The notes: a model not told the origin generated them from the sequence alone. A stretch of 27,791 bases of DNA from Lysobacteraceae bacterium (GCA_051959035.1 JBQCFN010000148.1:1-27791); one strand, 5' to 3'; shown: positions 9,201 to 17,381, numbered from the stretch's first letter. Numbers and translations are program-made.

Positions 9201-11338
9201 AGCGGTTCGCCGGCCTGCGCGGCCTGCAGGCGCGCTTCAGCCTGGTGGTCGCGGCCACCCTGCTGCTGATGCTGGCGATCGTCCTACTGATGCTGCAGCG
9301 GCAGGGCGCGATGCAGCGCGAGGTGCTGGCGCTGGGCCGCCAGGCGATGCACCAGCTGGTGTTCGAGCGCCTGCGCCGCCATGGCGAGGCGCGCGCGGCG
9401 CAGGTGGCCGATGCGCTGGCCAACCCGCTGTACTACTTCGACCTCGACAGCATCGGCACCGTCGCGCGCGACGTCCTGCACGAACCCGGCGTGCGCTACG
9501 TGCTGGTGTTCGACCGCGACGGCGACATTGTCGACGACGCCACCGGCGAGACGCCGGCCTACGGCCAGGCCATGCGCGACCCGCTCGCCTACGAGGCGGT
9601 GGCGGCGCGCGAGGTGCACGTGCAATGGACCGACCACGTGCTCGACGTCTCCAGCCCGATCCACGTCGGCGACCAGCGCCTGGGCGGCGTGCGCATCGGC
9701 TACGGGCTGGACGCGCCACGAACGGAGGAGGCGGCCGCCGTGCGCGCGCTGGACGCGCGGCTGGACCCGCTGGGCCAGCGCCACCTGCTGTGGATCGGGC
9801 TGCTGCTGGCGGCGCTGCTGGCGCTGGGCGCGCTGGCCTGCCTGCTGCTGCAGCGCGCGCTGGTGTGGCCGATCCGCCGGCTCGCGGACGCCGCGCGCGA
9901 GATCGAGGCCGGCAACTTCGCCGCGACGGTGCCCACCAGCCGCCGCAACGACGAACTCGGCGACCTGGTGCGCGCGTTCGGCCGCATGGGCGCGAGCATC
10001 GCCCGCCACGACCGCGACATCCGCCGCATGGCCTACACCGACGCGCTCACCGGCCTCGCCAACCGGCTCGCCTTCCGCGAGAGCCTCGACCAGCGCCTGA
10101 TGCAGCTGCGCGGCGCCGGCCGCCAGCTGGCGCTGCTGTTCTGCGACATCGACGACTTCAAGCGGGTCAACGACACGCTCGGCCACGAGGCCGGCGACGA
10201 GGTGCTGGTGCAGTTCGCCAACCGCATCCGCGCGGCGGTGGCGCAGTACGGCGCCGACGAGAGCCTGATCGCGCGCTTCGGTGGCGACGAGTTCGTGGTC
10301 CTGCTGCAGGCCGGCACCGCGCCCGGCCACGACGCGCGCACGCTGGCGGGCGAACTGGCCGCGACCCTGGTCGACGCGCTTGCGCGCCCGCTGCTGGTGC
10401 AGGGCCGCCAGGTCTTCCTCGGCGTGTCGATCGGCGTGACCCTGTTCCCCGAGGACGCGGCCGGCGGCACCGCGCTGCTGAAGAACGCCGACATCGCGAT
10501 GTACCAGGCCAAGGTCGCGGGCAAGGGTTGCCACCGCTTCTACAGCCGCGCGATGGACCAGGCGGTGGAGCGGCGGGTGCGCATGGAGCAGGACCTGCGC
10601 GGCGCGTGGGAACGCGGCGAGCTGAGCCTCGCCTACCAGCCGGTGTTCCGGTTGTCCGACGGCCAGCTCGCCGGCGCCGAGGCGCTGCTGCGCTGGCGCC
10701 ACCCGGAGCAGGGCGTGATCGCGCCATCGGTGTTCGTCGACGTCGCCGAGCAGAGCGGCCTGATCGAGACGATCGGCCCGCAGGCGCTGCGCGCGGCCTG
10801 CGTGGAGGCGATGGAATGGTACGCGCGGCGCGGGCGCGGCGAGGGCCTGTTCGTGTCGGTCAACGTGTCGCCGCGCCAGCTGCGCAGCGGCACGCTGCCC
10901 GACGAGGTCGCCGCCGCGCTGGCCGACAGCGGCCTGCCCGCCGGCCTGTTGCACCTGGAGCTCACCGAGACCGCGGTGATCGGCGACGAGCAGCACGCCA
11001 GCGCGATGCTGTCGAGGTTGCGCAGCAGCGGCGTGAAGGTGTGGCTGGACGACTTCGGCACCGGCTTCTCCGGCCTGAGCCACCTGCGCCGGGTGCCGGT
11101 GGACGGCGTCAAGATCGACCGCAGCTTCGTCGCCGACGTGCTGCGCGATCCCGACGACCTCGCGCTGACCACCGCGATCATCGCGATGGCGCATTCGCTC
11201 GGCATCACCGTGGTCGCCGAGGGCGTCGAGCAGGAAGGCCAGTACAACATCCTGCGCGAGCGCGGCTGCGACCTCGCCCAGGGCTACTGGCTTGGCCACC
11301 CGCTCGCGCCGGACGATTTCGCCGCGCTGCTTGCCTGA
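9197..11338 (+). CDS. Membrane-bound HAMP-GGDEF-EAL c-di-GMP signalling protein (713 aa)
   Basis: Two TM segments around a periplasmic domain; HAMP (PIRRLADAAREIEAGNF...DELGDLVRAFGRM); DALTGLANR, DIDDFKRVNDTLGHEAGD, RFGGDEF; AEALLRW, DDFGTGFS, KIDRSFV, VAEGVE. ATGA overlap with the binding-protein stop. Confidence 0.95.
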   Translation: MKRFAGLRGLQARFSLVVAATLLLMLAIVLLMLQRQGAMQREVLALGRQAMHQLVFERLRRHGEARAAQVADALANPLYYFDLDSIGTVARDVLHEPGVRYVLVFDRDGDIVDDATGETPAYGQAMRDPLAYEAVAAREVHVQWTDHVLDVSSPIHVGDQRLGGVRIGYGLDAPRTEEAAAVRALDARLDPLGQRHLLWIGLLLAALLALGALACLLLQRALVWPIRRLADAAREIEAGNFAATVPTSRRNDELGDLVRAFGRMGASIARHDRDIRRMAYTDALTGLANRLAFRESLDQRLMQLRGAGRQLALLFCDIDDFKRVNDTLGHEAGDEVLVQFANRIRAAVAQYGADESLIARFGGDEFVVLLQAGTAPGHDARTLAGELAATLVDALARPLLVQGRQVFLGVSIGVTLFPEDAAGGTALLKNADIAMYQAKVAGKGCHRFYSRAMDQAVERRVRMEQDLRGAWERGELSLAYQPVFRLSDGQLAGAEALLRWRHPEQGVIAPSVFVDVAEQSGLIETIGPQALRAACVEAMEWYARRGRGEGLFVSVNVSPRQLRSGTLPDEVAAALADSGLPAGLLHLELTETAVIGDEQHASAMLSRLRSSGVKVWLDDFGTGFSGLSHLRRVPVDGVKIDRSFVADVLRDPDDLALTTAIIAMAHSLGITVVAEGVEQEGQYNILRERGCDLAQGYWLGHPLAPDDFAALLA

Positions 11339-11341
11339 CCG

Positions 11342-11950
11342 CTAGGCCAGCGCGTGCAGCCACGCAGTGGCGCGCGCGAGCAGGTTGCCCGACAGCAACC
11401 CGGCGCTGGCCACCGCGGCGGCGCCGGCGATCCAGCCCGCCAGCAACAGCGCGCCGTCGCGTTCCAGCAGGGCGAGCGCGAACACCAGCAGCAATCCGCC
11501 GAACAGGTAGTTGGTGAGCGGGATCGGCAGCGACAGCAGCAGGCCGATCAGCACCAGCAGCAGGCCGCTCACCATCGCCGCGGCGCGGTAATGCAGCACC
11601 TGCGGCAGGCGCGGCCGGACCACCGTCTCCAACCAGCCGAGCGGGCGCTCGGCCTTGCGCGCGAAGCGCGCCAGCGCGCCGCGGTGCGGGCCGCGCCGCG
11701 CCAGCGCGCGCGGCAACCAGGGTTCGCGCCGCCCCGCCAGCAACTGCAGGCCGACCAGCACCGCCAGCGGCCCGCCGATCGCGCCGCCGCCCGGGATGGG
11801 GATGAAGGCGGGCAGGGCGGCGATCAGCAGCAGCATGCCGAACGCGCGCCGGCCGAGCCCGGCGAGCATGCCGGACAGCGGGAGGATCTCGTCGGGATCG
11901 CCTTCCGCGAATGCGCGCAGCAACGCGCGGATGCCCGCCTCAGCCGCCAT
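11342..11950 (-). CDS. exoD: ExoD-family (exopolysaccharide synthesis ExoD) membrane protein (202 aa)
   Basis: LGRRAFGMLLLIAALPAFIPIPGG, LQLLAGRREPWLPR, LERPLGWLE..VRPR, LLSLPIPLTNYL, LALLERDG match my recollection of the ExoD pattern. Start ATG 11950 overlaps the hlyC stop. Confidence 0.82.
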   Translation of the reverse strand: MAAEAGIRALLRAFAEGDPDEILPLSGMLAGLGRRAFGMLLLIAALPAFIPIPGGGAIGGPLAVLVGLQLLAGRREPWLPRALARRGPHRGALARFARKAERPLGWLETVVRPRLPQVLHYRAAAMVSGLLLVLIGLLLSLPIPLTNYLFGGLLLVFALALLERDGALLLAGWIAGAAAVASAGLLSGNLLARATAWLHALA

Positions 11951-13259
11951 CGGAGGCCTCGCCGGGCAGCCGCAGCACCAGCAGCTTGTCCACGCGCGGG
12001 CCGTCCAGGTCGACCACTTCGATCCGCCAGCCGCCCCAGTCGAAGTGCTCGCCGGTGTTGGGGATCCGGCCGAACCACGCGATCGCCATGCCGGCGGCGG
12101 TGTGGTAGTCGTGCTCGTCCTCGTAGGGCAGCGCTCCGCCGCCGAGCAGTTCGCGCAGGTCGTCCACCGGCAGCGAGCCGTCGACCAGCAGCGAACCGTC
12201 GTCGCGCACGACCACCAGCGCCTCGGCATCGGCGTTCTCGCCCGACTGCACGCGGCCGATCACCGCGCCCATCAGGTCGTTGAGCGTGACCATGCCGGTG
12301 ACGTCGCCGTACTCGTCGACCACCAGCGCCAGCGACTGCTGCTCCTCGCGGAAGATCTCCAGCAGCTTGAGCGCGTGGGTGGACTCGGACACGAACACCG
12401 GCGGGCGCAGCGCGCGGCTGCTGAGCAGGTTGCCGAGCTCGAACCCGGGCTGGCCCATGTTGGCCACCAGCGACTTCACCTCGAGCACGCCGAGCACGTC
12501 CGAGTCGCCGTGGCGGTAGACCGGATAGCGCGAGTAGGGCGTCTCGCGCATGGTCTCGAGGTTCTCGCCGGCGGGGGCGGCGGCATCGAGCCAGGCGATG
12601 CGGGTGCGCGGCGTCATCAGGCTGTCGACCGTGCGGTCGCCCAGCCGCATGACCCGCTGCATCATGTTGCGTTCGTCCGAGTCGATCACGCCCTGCTCGT
12701 GGCTCTCGGCGACCAGCAGGCGGATCTCCTCCTCGGACACGTGCGAGCCGGCCGCCTCGCTCAGGCGCAGCAGGCGCATCATCGCGCGCGTACTGCGCGA
12801 CAGCGCGACCACGAACGGCGTGGCCACCAGCGCGAAGAACTCCATCGGGTAGGCGACCGCCGAGGCGATCTGCTCCGGCCGCAGCGTGCCCACGCGCTTG
12901 GGCACCAGCTCGCCGATCAGGCCGAAGAAGAACAGCATGACGAGGAAGCCGGTGACGAAGCCGAGCTTGCCTGCGTAGGGCGCGAGCAGGGGGATGTCGG
13001 CGATGGGCTCGGCGATGCGCGCACCCATCGTCTCGCCGCCGAAGTAGCCGACCAGCAGGCTGAGCAGGGTGATCCACAGCTGCACCGCGGACAGGAAGCT
13101 CTCCGGGTGTTCGGCCAGCTGCAGCGCCTTGCGCGCGCCGCGGCTGGTCTCGGCCATGTGCTTGAGGCGGATCTTGCGCGAGGTCATCACCGCCATCTCC
13201 GACAGGGCGAAGAAGGCGTTGAACAGGACCAGCACGAGGACGATCAGCAGTTGCAGCAC
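11940..13259 (-). CDS. HlyC/CorC (CNNM-CBS-CorC) hemolysin-family transporter (439 aa, GTG start)
   Basis: FFALSEMAV...SR, FLSAVQLWITL, GELVPKR, CBS pair (LMTPRTRI; YSRYPVY; VVDEYGDVTGMVTLNDL) and C-terminal CorC domain (LVDGSLPVDDL...GRIP..GE). Confidence 0.93.
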   Translation of the reverse strand: MLQLLIVLVLVLFNAFFALSEMAVMTSRKIRLKHMAETSRGARKALQLAEHPESFLSAVQLWITLLSLLVGYFGGETMGARIAEPIADIPLLAPYAGKLGFVTGFLVMLFFFGLIGELVPKRVGTLRPEQIASAVAYPMEFFALVATPFVVALSRSTRAMMRLLRLSEAAGSHVSEEEIRLLVAESHEQGVIDSDERNMMQRVMRLGDRTVDSLMTPRTRIAWLDAAAPAGENLETMRETPYSRYPVYRHGDSDVLGVLEVKSLVANMGQPGFELGNLLSSRALRPPVFVSESTHALKLLEIFREEQQSLALVVDEYGDVTGMVTLNDLMGAVIGRVQSGENADAEALVVVRDDGSLLVDGSLPVDDLRELLGGGALPYEDEHDYHTAAGMAIAWFGRIPNTGEHFDWGGWRIEVVDLDGPRVDKLLVLRLPGEASDGG

Positions 13260-13348
13260 GTCGGTTCCAGCGGGGGCGGGGCGGGCGCGCGGTCGCCCGG
13301 TGTGCGGGCCGTGAAGGCCCCGCCACGCGGGAGCCGGCGGCGCGGCGC

Positions 13349-13357
13349 ATCATAGCA
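13349..13357 (-). promoter_or_regulatory. Putative extended -10 promoter (TGC-TATGAT) for hlyC/corC-exoD
   Basis: The reverse complement of ATCATAGCA is TGC-TATGAT, about 90 nt upstream of the GTG start. Confidence 0.6.
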
Positions 13358-13386
13358 ACGGCCCCCGCGGGGCCGGCCCGGGACGC

Positions 13387-13420
13387 GTGCAACGAAAGCG
13401 TCACAAAGCGCCCCTATCCT
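13387..13420 (+). promoter_or_regulatory. Degenerate Pho-box-like promoter for DUF47-pit: GTGCAAC-GAAA-GCGTCAC-N10-TATCCT
   Basis: 7-4-7 layout with an A-rich spacer. The downstream half-site matches CTGTCAC at 5/7, and exactly 10 nt separate it from the -10 hexamer, the same geometry as the phoB box at 25114-25147. The upstream half-site is weak. Confidence 0.45.
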
Positions 13421-13447
13421 TGCCCCGTTCCCACCAGGACCGCGCCG

Positions 13448-14074
13448 ATGTTCTCCCTGCAGACGATCTTCGGCCAGGGCAAGCAGTTCTTCGCCCTGCT
13501 CGACGAAGCGGCCGACGCCGCCCACGACAGCACCCGCGCGCTGCACGAGATGCTGAAGGCGCCGCAGGACACGCCCAGCCTGGACGCCTTCAAGCTGGCG
13601 CGCCAGCGCGAGCGCGCCGCCTCCGACAAGATCAGCCAGGCGCTGGTCGACAGCTTCATCACCCCGATCGAGCGCGAGGACATCGAGGCGCTGGCCTCGG
13701 CCCTGTACAAGATCCCCAAGCAGGTGGAGCGCTTCGCCGACCGCTACGCGCTGGCCCGCCACCGCCTCGAGGGCATCGACTTCGCCCCGCGCGCGGCGAT
13801 GCTGGAGAAGGCGGCCGCGGTGGTGGTGGAGATGGTGCACGCCCTGCGCGACATGCACCTGGAGCAGATGAAGCAGCTCAACGACCGCCTGCGGGTGATC
13901 GAGACCGAGGCCGACCGGCTGATCCTCGAGCTGCACCGCGACATCTACTCCGGCCGGCTGGACGCGGCCGAGATGTTCCTGCTCAAGGAGTTCTTCGAAA
14001 TCCTCGAGAAGGCGATCGACCGCTGCCGCGAGGCCGGCGTGGTCGCCTACGAAATCGTGCTGAAGAACAGCTGA
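13448..14074 (+). CDS. DUF47 / PhoU-like phosphate transport regulator (208 aa)
   Basis: FITPIEREDI..LA..L, ETEADRL, KEFFEILEKAIDRC. All-helical, directly upstream of pit, the usual DUF47-Pit pairing. Confidence 0.9.
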   Translation: MFSLQTIFGQGKQFFALLDEAADAAHDSTRALHEMLKAPQDTPSLDAFKLARQRERAASDKISQALVDSFITPIEREDIEALASALYKIPKQVERFADRYALARHRLEGIDFAPRAAMLEKAAAVVVEMVHALRDMHLEQMKQLNDRLRVIETEADRLILELHRDIYSGRLDAAEMFLLKEFFEILEKAIDRCREAGVVAYEIVLKNS

Positions 14075-14109
14075 GAACCCGCCATGCGCGCTGACCGAGG
14101 GGGTCGCCG

Positions 14110-15234
14110 ATGCTGACCCTGGTGCTGGTGGTGGTGTTCGCCGCCTTCGTCTTCGAGTTCATCAACGGCTTCCACGACACCGCCAATTCGATCGCGGCGT
14201 CGGTAGCGACCAAGGTGCTGTCGCCCGGCCAGGCGGTCATCCTCGCCGCGGTGATGAACCTGGTCGGCGCGCTGACCGGCACCGCCGTCGCGGCCACCAT
14301 CGCCACCGGCATCGTCAACACGGCGGTGGTCGACCCGACCATGCACGTGATGCTGAGCGCGCTGCTCGGCGCGATCGGCTGGAACCTGATCACCTGGTGG
14401 CTGGGGTTGCCGTCGTCCTCCTCGCACGCGCTGATCGGCGGCCTGTGCGGCGCCGCGCTGGCGGCCGGGCACAACGACTGGAACGCGCTGATCTGGTCGC
14501 AGCACCTCGGCGGCTGGACCGAGAACAAGGGCCTGGTGTGGAAGGTGTTCCTGCCGATGGTCACCTCGCCGATCGCGGGCTTCCTGCTCGGCTTCCTGAT
14601 GATGCTGCTGCTGTGGGCGGTCATCTCGGCGATGGCGCGCGCCGGCGGCGTGTTCGCGCGGATGGCGCGGCCGCGCTGGGTCAACGCGTTCTTCGGCAAG
14701 GTGCAGATCCTGTCGGCCGCCTACATGGGCTACGCCCACGGCCACAACGACGCGCAGAAGACGATGGGCGTGATCGCGCTGACCCTGTACGGCGCGGAGG
14801 CGAGCGGCGCGCTGCGCGGCCTGCCGTCGTGGCTCGGCTTCATGCACCCGGGCAGCGGCGGGCCGGGCAACCACGTGGCGATGTGGATCGTGGTGAGCTG
14901 CGCGCTGGTGATGGCGGCCGGCACCGCCTCCGGCGGCTGGCGGATCATCAAGACGCTCGGCCACAAGATGGTGAAGCTGCAGCCGATCAACGGTTTCGCG
15001 GTGGACACCAGCTCGGCGACGATCCTCACCCTCGCCGCGCACTACGGCATGCCGGTCTCGACCACCCACAGCATCTCCACGGCGATCATGGGGGTGGGCT
15101 TCGCCAAGAACCCGCGGGCGCTCAAGCTGACGGTGATCGAGCGCATCGTGTGGGCGTGGATCCTGACGATCCCGGCCGCCGCGTCGGTGGCCTACGCGCT
15201 GTACCTGCTGGTCGGCGCGCTGGGCGTCGCGTAG
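14110..15234 (+). CDS. pit: PiT-family inorganic phosphate transporter (374 aa)
   Basis: Both PiT signatures (INGFHDTANSIA; GHNDAQKTMG), plus GLPSSSSHALIGG, GGWRIIKTLG, GMPVSTTH, WILTIP. Confidence 0.96.
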   Translation: MLTLVLVVVFAAFVFEFINGFHDTANSIAASVATKVLSPGQAVILAAVMNLVGALTGTAVAATIATGIVNTAVVDPTMHVMLSALLGAIGWNLITWWLGLPSSSSHALIGGLCGAALAAGHNDWNALIWSQHLGGWTENKGLVWKVFLPMVTSPIAGFLLGFLMMLLLWAVISAMARAGGVFARMARPRWVNAFFGKVQILSAAYMGYAHGHNDAQKTMGVIALTLYGAEASGALRGLPSWLGFMHPGSGGPGNHVAMWIVVSCALVMAAGTASGGWRIIKTLGHKMVKLQPINGFAVDTSSATILTLAAHYGMPVSTTHSISTAIMGVGFAKNPRALKLTVIERIVWAWILTIPAAASVAYALYLLVGALGVA

Positions 15235-15262
15235 CCGCGCGAGCGGGGCCTGGCGGCGCCGC

Positions 15263-15673
15263 TCAGAGCAGGTCGCCGCCCGCCGACAGGGCCCGCTCCA
15301 TGCGGTCGCCCATGCCGCCGATCTCGAGGATGAGGCGGTCGACTTCGGCCGCCGTCAGCCCGGTGTACGGACGGTTTTCGACCAGCTGCAGGTAGGGCAC
15401 GCCGTCGAGGTCGCCGATCGACAGGTAACCCACCCGGCTTTCCCAGTTGAAGGCGAGCGCGCGCCGGCAGTCGATGCCGGTGGTCGGCGCGACCGCGGTG
15501 CTCACGCGCAGGTAGCAGCGCTGGTCGTCGTCCTGCAGCTCGGACAGGAAGATCGCCTGGTGCCGGCTGCCGTTCTCGAGCGAGAGCTCCACGCACAGCA
15601 CGTACGGCTCCTGCATGGTCACGTGGAAGCCGCTGGCGGCGAGGTGGCTGCGGATCTGCTCGAAGTTCTGCAT
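15263..15673 (-). CDS. Hypothetical protein (136 aa), possibly YbjN/type III chaperone-like fold
   Basis: Normal amino-acid composition, unlike the Arg/Ala/Pro-rich shadow ORFs; fills the gap between pit and the ATL gene; -10-like TAGCAT upstream. The fold call is pattern-based only. Confidence 0.75.
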   Translation of the reverse strand: MQNFEQIRSHLAASGFHVTMQEPYVLCVELSLENGSRHQAIFLSELQDDDQRCYLRVSTAVAPTTGIDCRRALAFNWESRVGYLSIGDLDGVPYLQLVENRPYTGLTAAEVDRLILEIGGMGDRMERALSAGGDLL

Positions 15674-15700
15674 GGTGGCGGCGCGGCGCGGGGGAGCCGC

Positions 15701-15707
15701 TATGCTA
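15701..15707. promoter_or_regulatory. Shared divergent -10 heptamer TATGCTA (plus TATGCT for the ATL gene; minus TAGCAT for the hypothetical gene)
   Basis: Both strands give TANNNT hexamers within a 39-nt divergent spacer. Confidence 0.55.
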
Positions 15708-15712
15708 CCCCG

Positions 15713-16060
15713 ATGAAGGCCCGGGCTCCGCAGCAAGCCACCGCCGAGCAGCGCATCCTGGCCGCCGTGCGCGCGATCCCGCGTGGCCAGGTCGCCGGCT
15801 ATGGAGAGGTCGCGCGGCGCGCGGGCCTGCCGGGCCGTGCCCGCCTCGCCGCGCGCGTGCTCAGCGGCAACGCCGACCCGACCCTGCCCTGGCACCGCGT
15901 GCTGCGCTCGGACGGCCGGATCGCCTTCCCGCCCGGCTCGGAGGGCTTCCGCGAGCAGTCGCGGCGGCTGCAGGCCGAAGGCGTGGTGGTGGCGAATGGA
16001 CGGGTGCGCGTCGCGCGGCAGGCGCCCGACCTCGACGCGGCGCTGTGGGGCATGGGCTGA
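15713..16060 (+). CDS. atl: Alkyltransferase-like (ATL/YbaZ) MGMT-family DNA base-flipping protein (115 aa)
   Basis: IPRGQVAGYGEVA, GRARL, and PWHRV in place of catalytic PCHRV (the Trp defines non-catalytic ATL proteins), followed by SDGRI. Confidence 0.9.
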   Translation: MKARAPQQATAEQRILAAVRAIPRGQVAGYGEVARRAGLPGRARLAARVLSGNADPTLPWHRVLRSDGRIAFPPGSEGFREQSRRLQAEGVVVANGRVRVARQAPDLDAALWGMG

Positions 16061-16145
16061 GCCAGCGCGGGCCGGGGCACGCATGCGCGGGCGTTGACCA
16101 CGCTGCCGGTATCATGGCGGACCGTTTTGCCACAGCCGCCCGCCG

Positions 16146-16802
16146 ATGTTCTCCCGACTGCCCCCCGTCACCAAGGCGCTGCTGATCGCCAACGGCGTGG
16201 TGTTCCTGCTGCAGAAGCTGCTGGGGGATGGCCTGTTCGCCTCCTTCATGCTGTGGCCGCCGGCGGCCGACGGCGGCTTCGGCATGGGTCCGTCCTTCAT
16301 GCCCTGGCAGCTGGTGACCTACGCCTTCCTGCACGGCAACCTCCCCCACGTCGCCTTCAACATGCTCGCGCTGGCGATGTTCGGCGCGCCGCTGGAATAC
16401 ACCTGGGGCGAGCGCCGCTTCGCTTCGTACTACTTCGTGTGCGTGGTCGGCGCGGGCCTGTGCCAGCTCGCGGTGGGCTACTGGACGGCGGTGCAGGGCG
16501 GAGGCCTTTACCCGACGGTGGGGGCGTCCGGCGGCATCTTCGGCCTGCTGCTCGCCTACGGCCTTCTCTTTCCGAACCAGCGGGTGATGCTGCTGATCCC
16601 GCCGGTGCCGATGAAGGCGCGCACGCTGGTCATCGTGTACGGCGCGATCGAACTGCTGCTCGGCGCAACCGGCCTGCAGCCGGGGGTGGCGCACTTCGCG
16701 CACCTGGGCGGGATGCTGTTCGGCTGGCTGCTGATCCAGTACTGGCGCGGCAAGCCGCCGTTCGGCCGGCGCGGGCCGCCGCGGACACGCATCGTGCGCT
16801 GA
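16146..16802 (+). CDS. Rhomboid family intramembrane serine protease (218 aa)
   Basis: WQLVTYAFLHG..PHVAFNM, catalytic GASG (VGASGGIFG) and AHFAHLGG. Confidence 0.95.
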   Translation: MFSRLPPVTKALLIANGVVFLLQKLLGDGLFASFMLWPPAADGGFGMGPSFMPWQLVTYAFLHGNLPHVAFNMLALAMFGAPLEYTWGERRFASYYFVCVVGAGLCQLAVGYWTAVQGGGLYPTVGASGGIFGLLLAYGLLFPNQRVMLLIPPVPMKARTLVIVYGAIELLLGATGLQPGVAHFAHLGGMLFGWLLIQYWRGKPPFGRRGPPRTRIVR

Positions 16803-16829
16803 GCCGGCGCGCCCGCGCGCGCCGTCCGG

Positions 16830-17381
16830 TCAGGCCGCCGCGGCCGGCCGCAGGTCCAGCACCACCCGCACCAGCCCGGGGGCGTCGCCGCGCTCGCGGT
16901 GGAAGCCCATCGACTCGGCCAGTTGCAGCATCGGCTGGTTGTGCTCCAGCACGTCGCCGTAGAGCCGGTCCAGCTCCTTGCCGCGCGCCCAGCGCACCAG
17001 CCGGCGCATCAGGTGCCGGCCCAGGCCCATGTTGGCGATGAAGCGGCTCACCAGGATGGCGAACTCGGCCTCGCGCCGGCCCGGCGTCACCGCCGCGCGG
17101 GCGACCGCCCCGACCAGGGCCTCGCCCGGGGGGAGCGGCTCGGCGACCACGATCGCGAACTCGTTGCGGGGGTTCGGATGGGTGAGCCGCTCGGCCATCT
17201 CCGGCGAGAGCTCGCTCATCGAATGCAGGAAGCGGTGGCGGATCTCGTCCGGTTCGAGCAACGGGAACGCCGCGCGCAGCGGCACCGCGTCGTCGGGGCG
17301 GATGGGACGGATGAGCACTTCGCGCCCGTTGGGGAGGCGCTGCTGCTCATGCCACGGCGGGAGTCGGTTGCGGGCGGCCAT
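16830..17381 (-). CDS. GNAT family N-acetyltransferase resembling the GNAT domain of Pat/PatZ protein acetyltransferases (183 aa)
   Basis: LIRPIRPDD, IRHRFL, AEFAILV, MGLGRHLM, LYGDVLEHNQPMLQLAESMGF. Confidence 0.85.
   Translation of the reverse strand: MAARNRLPPWHEQQRLPNGREVLIRPIRPDDAVPLRAAFPLLEPDEIRHRFLHSMSELSPEMAERLTHPNPRNEFAIVVAEPLPPGEALVGAVARAAVTPGRREAEFAILVSRFIANMGLGRHLMRRLVRWARGKELDRLYGDVLEHNQPMLQLAESMGFHRERGDAPGLVRVVLDLRPAAAA

Noticed and set aside
13310-13320. 11-mer GGGCCTTCACG shared by the hlyC leader (minus strand) and the CDF upstream region (17442-17452)
   Set aside because: It sits on different sides of the respective -10 elements, and one 11-nt match among GC-rich spacers is within chance expectation.
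13260-13348. Possible metal-sensing riboswitch (yybP-ykoY, M-box, NiCo) in the ~85-nt hlyC/corC leader
   Set aside because: I see only one modest hairpin and none of the conserved sequence blocks I associate with those families. An Rfam/Infernal scan would settle it.
16094-16115. TTGACC...TATCAT as a sigma70 -35/-10 pair upstream of the rhomboid gene
   Set aside because: The spacer is only 10 nt. TATCAT may still be a -10, but the pair is not a valid promoter.
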